Shown here: one piece after another, positions 62,682-64,000 of the stretch
Layout: each line of letters begins with the position of its first letter
Position numbering within the stretch: position 1 is the stretch's first letter
Assembly: GCA_020026355.1 (NCBI GenBank)
Contig: JAHHQP010000005.1
Coordinates: 2,919 to 66,918 of the forward strand
DNA length: 64,000 bases
From: Bacteroidales bacterium
Lineage (GTDB): Bacteria; Bacteroidota; Bacteroidia; Bacteroidales; UBA932
Direction: 5' to 3'
The notes under the pieces: model-generated
Told to the model about the DNA's origin: nothing
Databases searched by the model: none
The model's input: only the letters and a program-made list of their open reading frames with translations
Made by a program: the position numbers and the translations under genes

Positions 62682-64000
62682 ATGGAACTATTTGAAGGTG
62701 TGTATGAGACACTGATCAGTAAAGCTATACAAGAAAAGCTAGATAATGATTTTGGAGAGGATAAATACCAGGTTGTGAAGAATGCAATAGATTCCGCTGA
62801 ATCTAATATTATGCTTTCTTCTTATCTGGCAGAAGTTACATCTTCTGTTTTAAAGGAATATTTCAAGGACTCTACATCAGATCTTACTATCAGTAAGCAA
62901 GTTGACTGTATCAATAGGGTCTTGAAGTTTATTGAAGATGAATGGGAGATTCCTCTTGATGAGGATATGCTTTCCGAAGAAAGTCAGAATAAATTCTTAC
63001 GTGCAATATACTCAAAGGTGGGCTTGAATGCAAACCAGATTGCGTCAAAAAGTCAGAATCACCCGATATCGGGATACCGGGTAAGTTCATTGTTCACAGG
63101 AGGAAAAGATTTGTCTTTGGACGATGAGATCCGTCGAGATATTGATACGGCAGATCAGATTGATTTAGTCGTTTCTTTTATCAGGTGGACAGGGCTTCGA
63201 TTGATCATAGAAAATCTTCGAGATTTTTTGCAGAAGCCTAATGCGAAGCTTCGTGTTATTACAACAACCTATATGGGGGCGACAGATCCGAAAGCGATTA
63301 AAGAATTGTTTAGTCTTTCAAGTCCTGATAAAGTTCAGATTAAAGTTTCATACAATACAAGAGAAGAAAGGCTTCATGCTAAATCCTATATTTTCAAACG
63401 AGATACGAATTTTGATACAGCATATATCGGTTCATCAAACTTGTCTTATTCAGCTTTGACAAAAGGTCTGGAATGGAACATGCGAGTTACTAATGTAGAG
63501 AACCCACATATTTTGGATAAAACAAAAGCGGCGTTTGATACTTATTGGAACAGTGAAGATTTTGAATTGATTAAAACAGAAGATGATGTTAGGAGGTTTG
63601 CAAAAGCAATAGAGGAAGTTAAAGGTTTAGGCTCTGTAGAAGCAAGACCAATCATTAGATTTGAAAGAAAGACTCATCAGATTAAGGTTCTTGAAAAATT
63701 AAAGTTTGAAAGGCAACAGGGGCATTATAAAAATTTGATTATTGCAGCCACCGGTACAGGAAAAACCGCTATATCTGCCTTTGATTATAAGGATTTTAAT
63801 GAGGAATTCAAGAAAAAACACGGTAGGGATGCAAGATTGTTGTTTATTGCCCATAGAGATAAGATTCTTCAACAAGCACGATATACTTATAGTTGTGTAT
63901 TGGTGAATTCCAATTTTGGTGAATTATGGGTAGGGCATAATCGTCCAAGTGTATATGGCGATTTAAACCATCTTTTCATTTCGATTCAGATGTTGAACAA
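62682..64000 (+). CDS. Partial (5' 439 codons) large protein: unknown N-terminal domain + PLD/HKD-type nuclease domain + SF2 (ResIII-like) helicase; continues beyond the window
   Basis: Absent from the ORF track (no in-window stop). Hand-translated with no stop: MELFEGVYETLISKAIQEKL...DLVVSFIRWTGLRLI...LRVITTTYMGATDP...RLHAKSYIFKRDTNFDTAYIGSSNLSYSAL...KNLIIAATGTGKTAISAF...LLFIAHRDKIL... It is markedly AT-rich relative to its neighbours. Confidence 0.8.
   Translation, partial: MELFEGVYETLISKAIQEKLDNDFGEDKYQVVKNAIDSAESNIMLSSYLAEVTSSVLKEYFKDSTSDLTISKQVDCINRVLKFIEDEWEIPLDEDMLSEESQNKFLRAIYSKVGLNANQIASKSQNHPISGYRVSSLFTGGKDLSLDDEIRRDIDTADQIDLVVSFIRWTGLRLIIENLRDFLQKPNAKLRVITTTYMGATDPKAIKELFSLSSPDKVQIKVSYNTREERLHAKSYIFKRDTNFDTAYIGSSNLSYSALTKGLEWNMRVTNVENPHILDKTKAAFDTYWNSEDFELIKTEDDVRRFAKAIEEVKGLGSVEARPIIRFERKTHQIKVLEKLKFERQQGHYKNLIIAATGTGKTAISAFDYKDFNEEFKKKHGRDARLLFIAHRDKILQQARYTYSCVLVNSNFGELWVGHNRPSVYGDLNHLFISIQMLN

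Noticed and set aside
63241-63459. 72-aa plus-strand ORF listed in the track
   Set aside because: It is out of frame inside the long uninterrupted PLD-helicase reading frame that starts at 62682.

Overview
This is a 64-kb chromosomal segment that looks Bacteroidota/Bacteroidales-like. The evidence is repeated TAnnTTTG -7 promoter boxes, almost no Shine-Dalgarno sites, and typical Bacteroidales genes: type III glutamine synthetase, PFOR/nifJ, a BatA-like N-terminus, and DUF1573, DUF2807 and TraB/GumN proteins. It is densely packed with about 58 protein genes, mostly housekeeping, and two tRNA genes (Ser-GGA, Arg-CCG). The housekeeping genes include secA, recG, nifJ, gap, glnN-type GS, fabD, lpxB, surE, pssA, pdxA, rnhA, nagB, sdaA, rlmI, several S9/M16/C1 peptidases and a GH29 fucosidase. 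I see no rRNA, CRISPR array, transposase or integrase. No complete, clearly novel multi-gene system is visible.

The best leads are:
1. An AT-rich ORF, missing from the supplied track, that starts at 62682 and runs off the window end. It encodes an unknown N-terminal domain, a PLD/HKD nuclease and an SF2 helicase, and sits at an abrupt compositional break.
2. A tight operon next to it: NAD(P)H oxidoreductase, MmcQ/YjbR, an AlkD-like alkylation repair protein and an orphan vsr.
3. A WYL-domain regulator coupled to recG.
4. ATAG-N7-CTAT (LysR/OxyR-type) boxes at the oxyR promoter and in the thioredoxin-peroxiredoxin control region.
5. A strongly over-represented oligomer, GGTCAATGA/TCATTGACC. 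It has several intergenic, stop-codon-proximal copies, one inverted pair, and two identical 15-mers 39 kb apart.
6. An orphan kinase-fold-like ORF with an atypical strong Shine-Dalgarno site.
7. A BatA-like/VWA-like domain fused to a DUF819 membrane domain.

All functional calls rest on motif recognition by eye. No database search was run.
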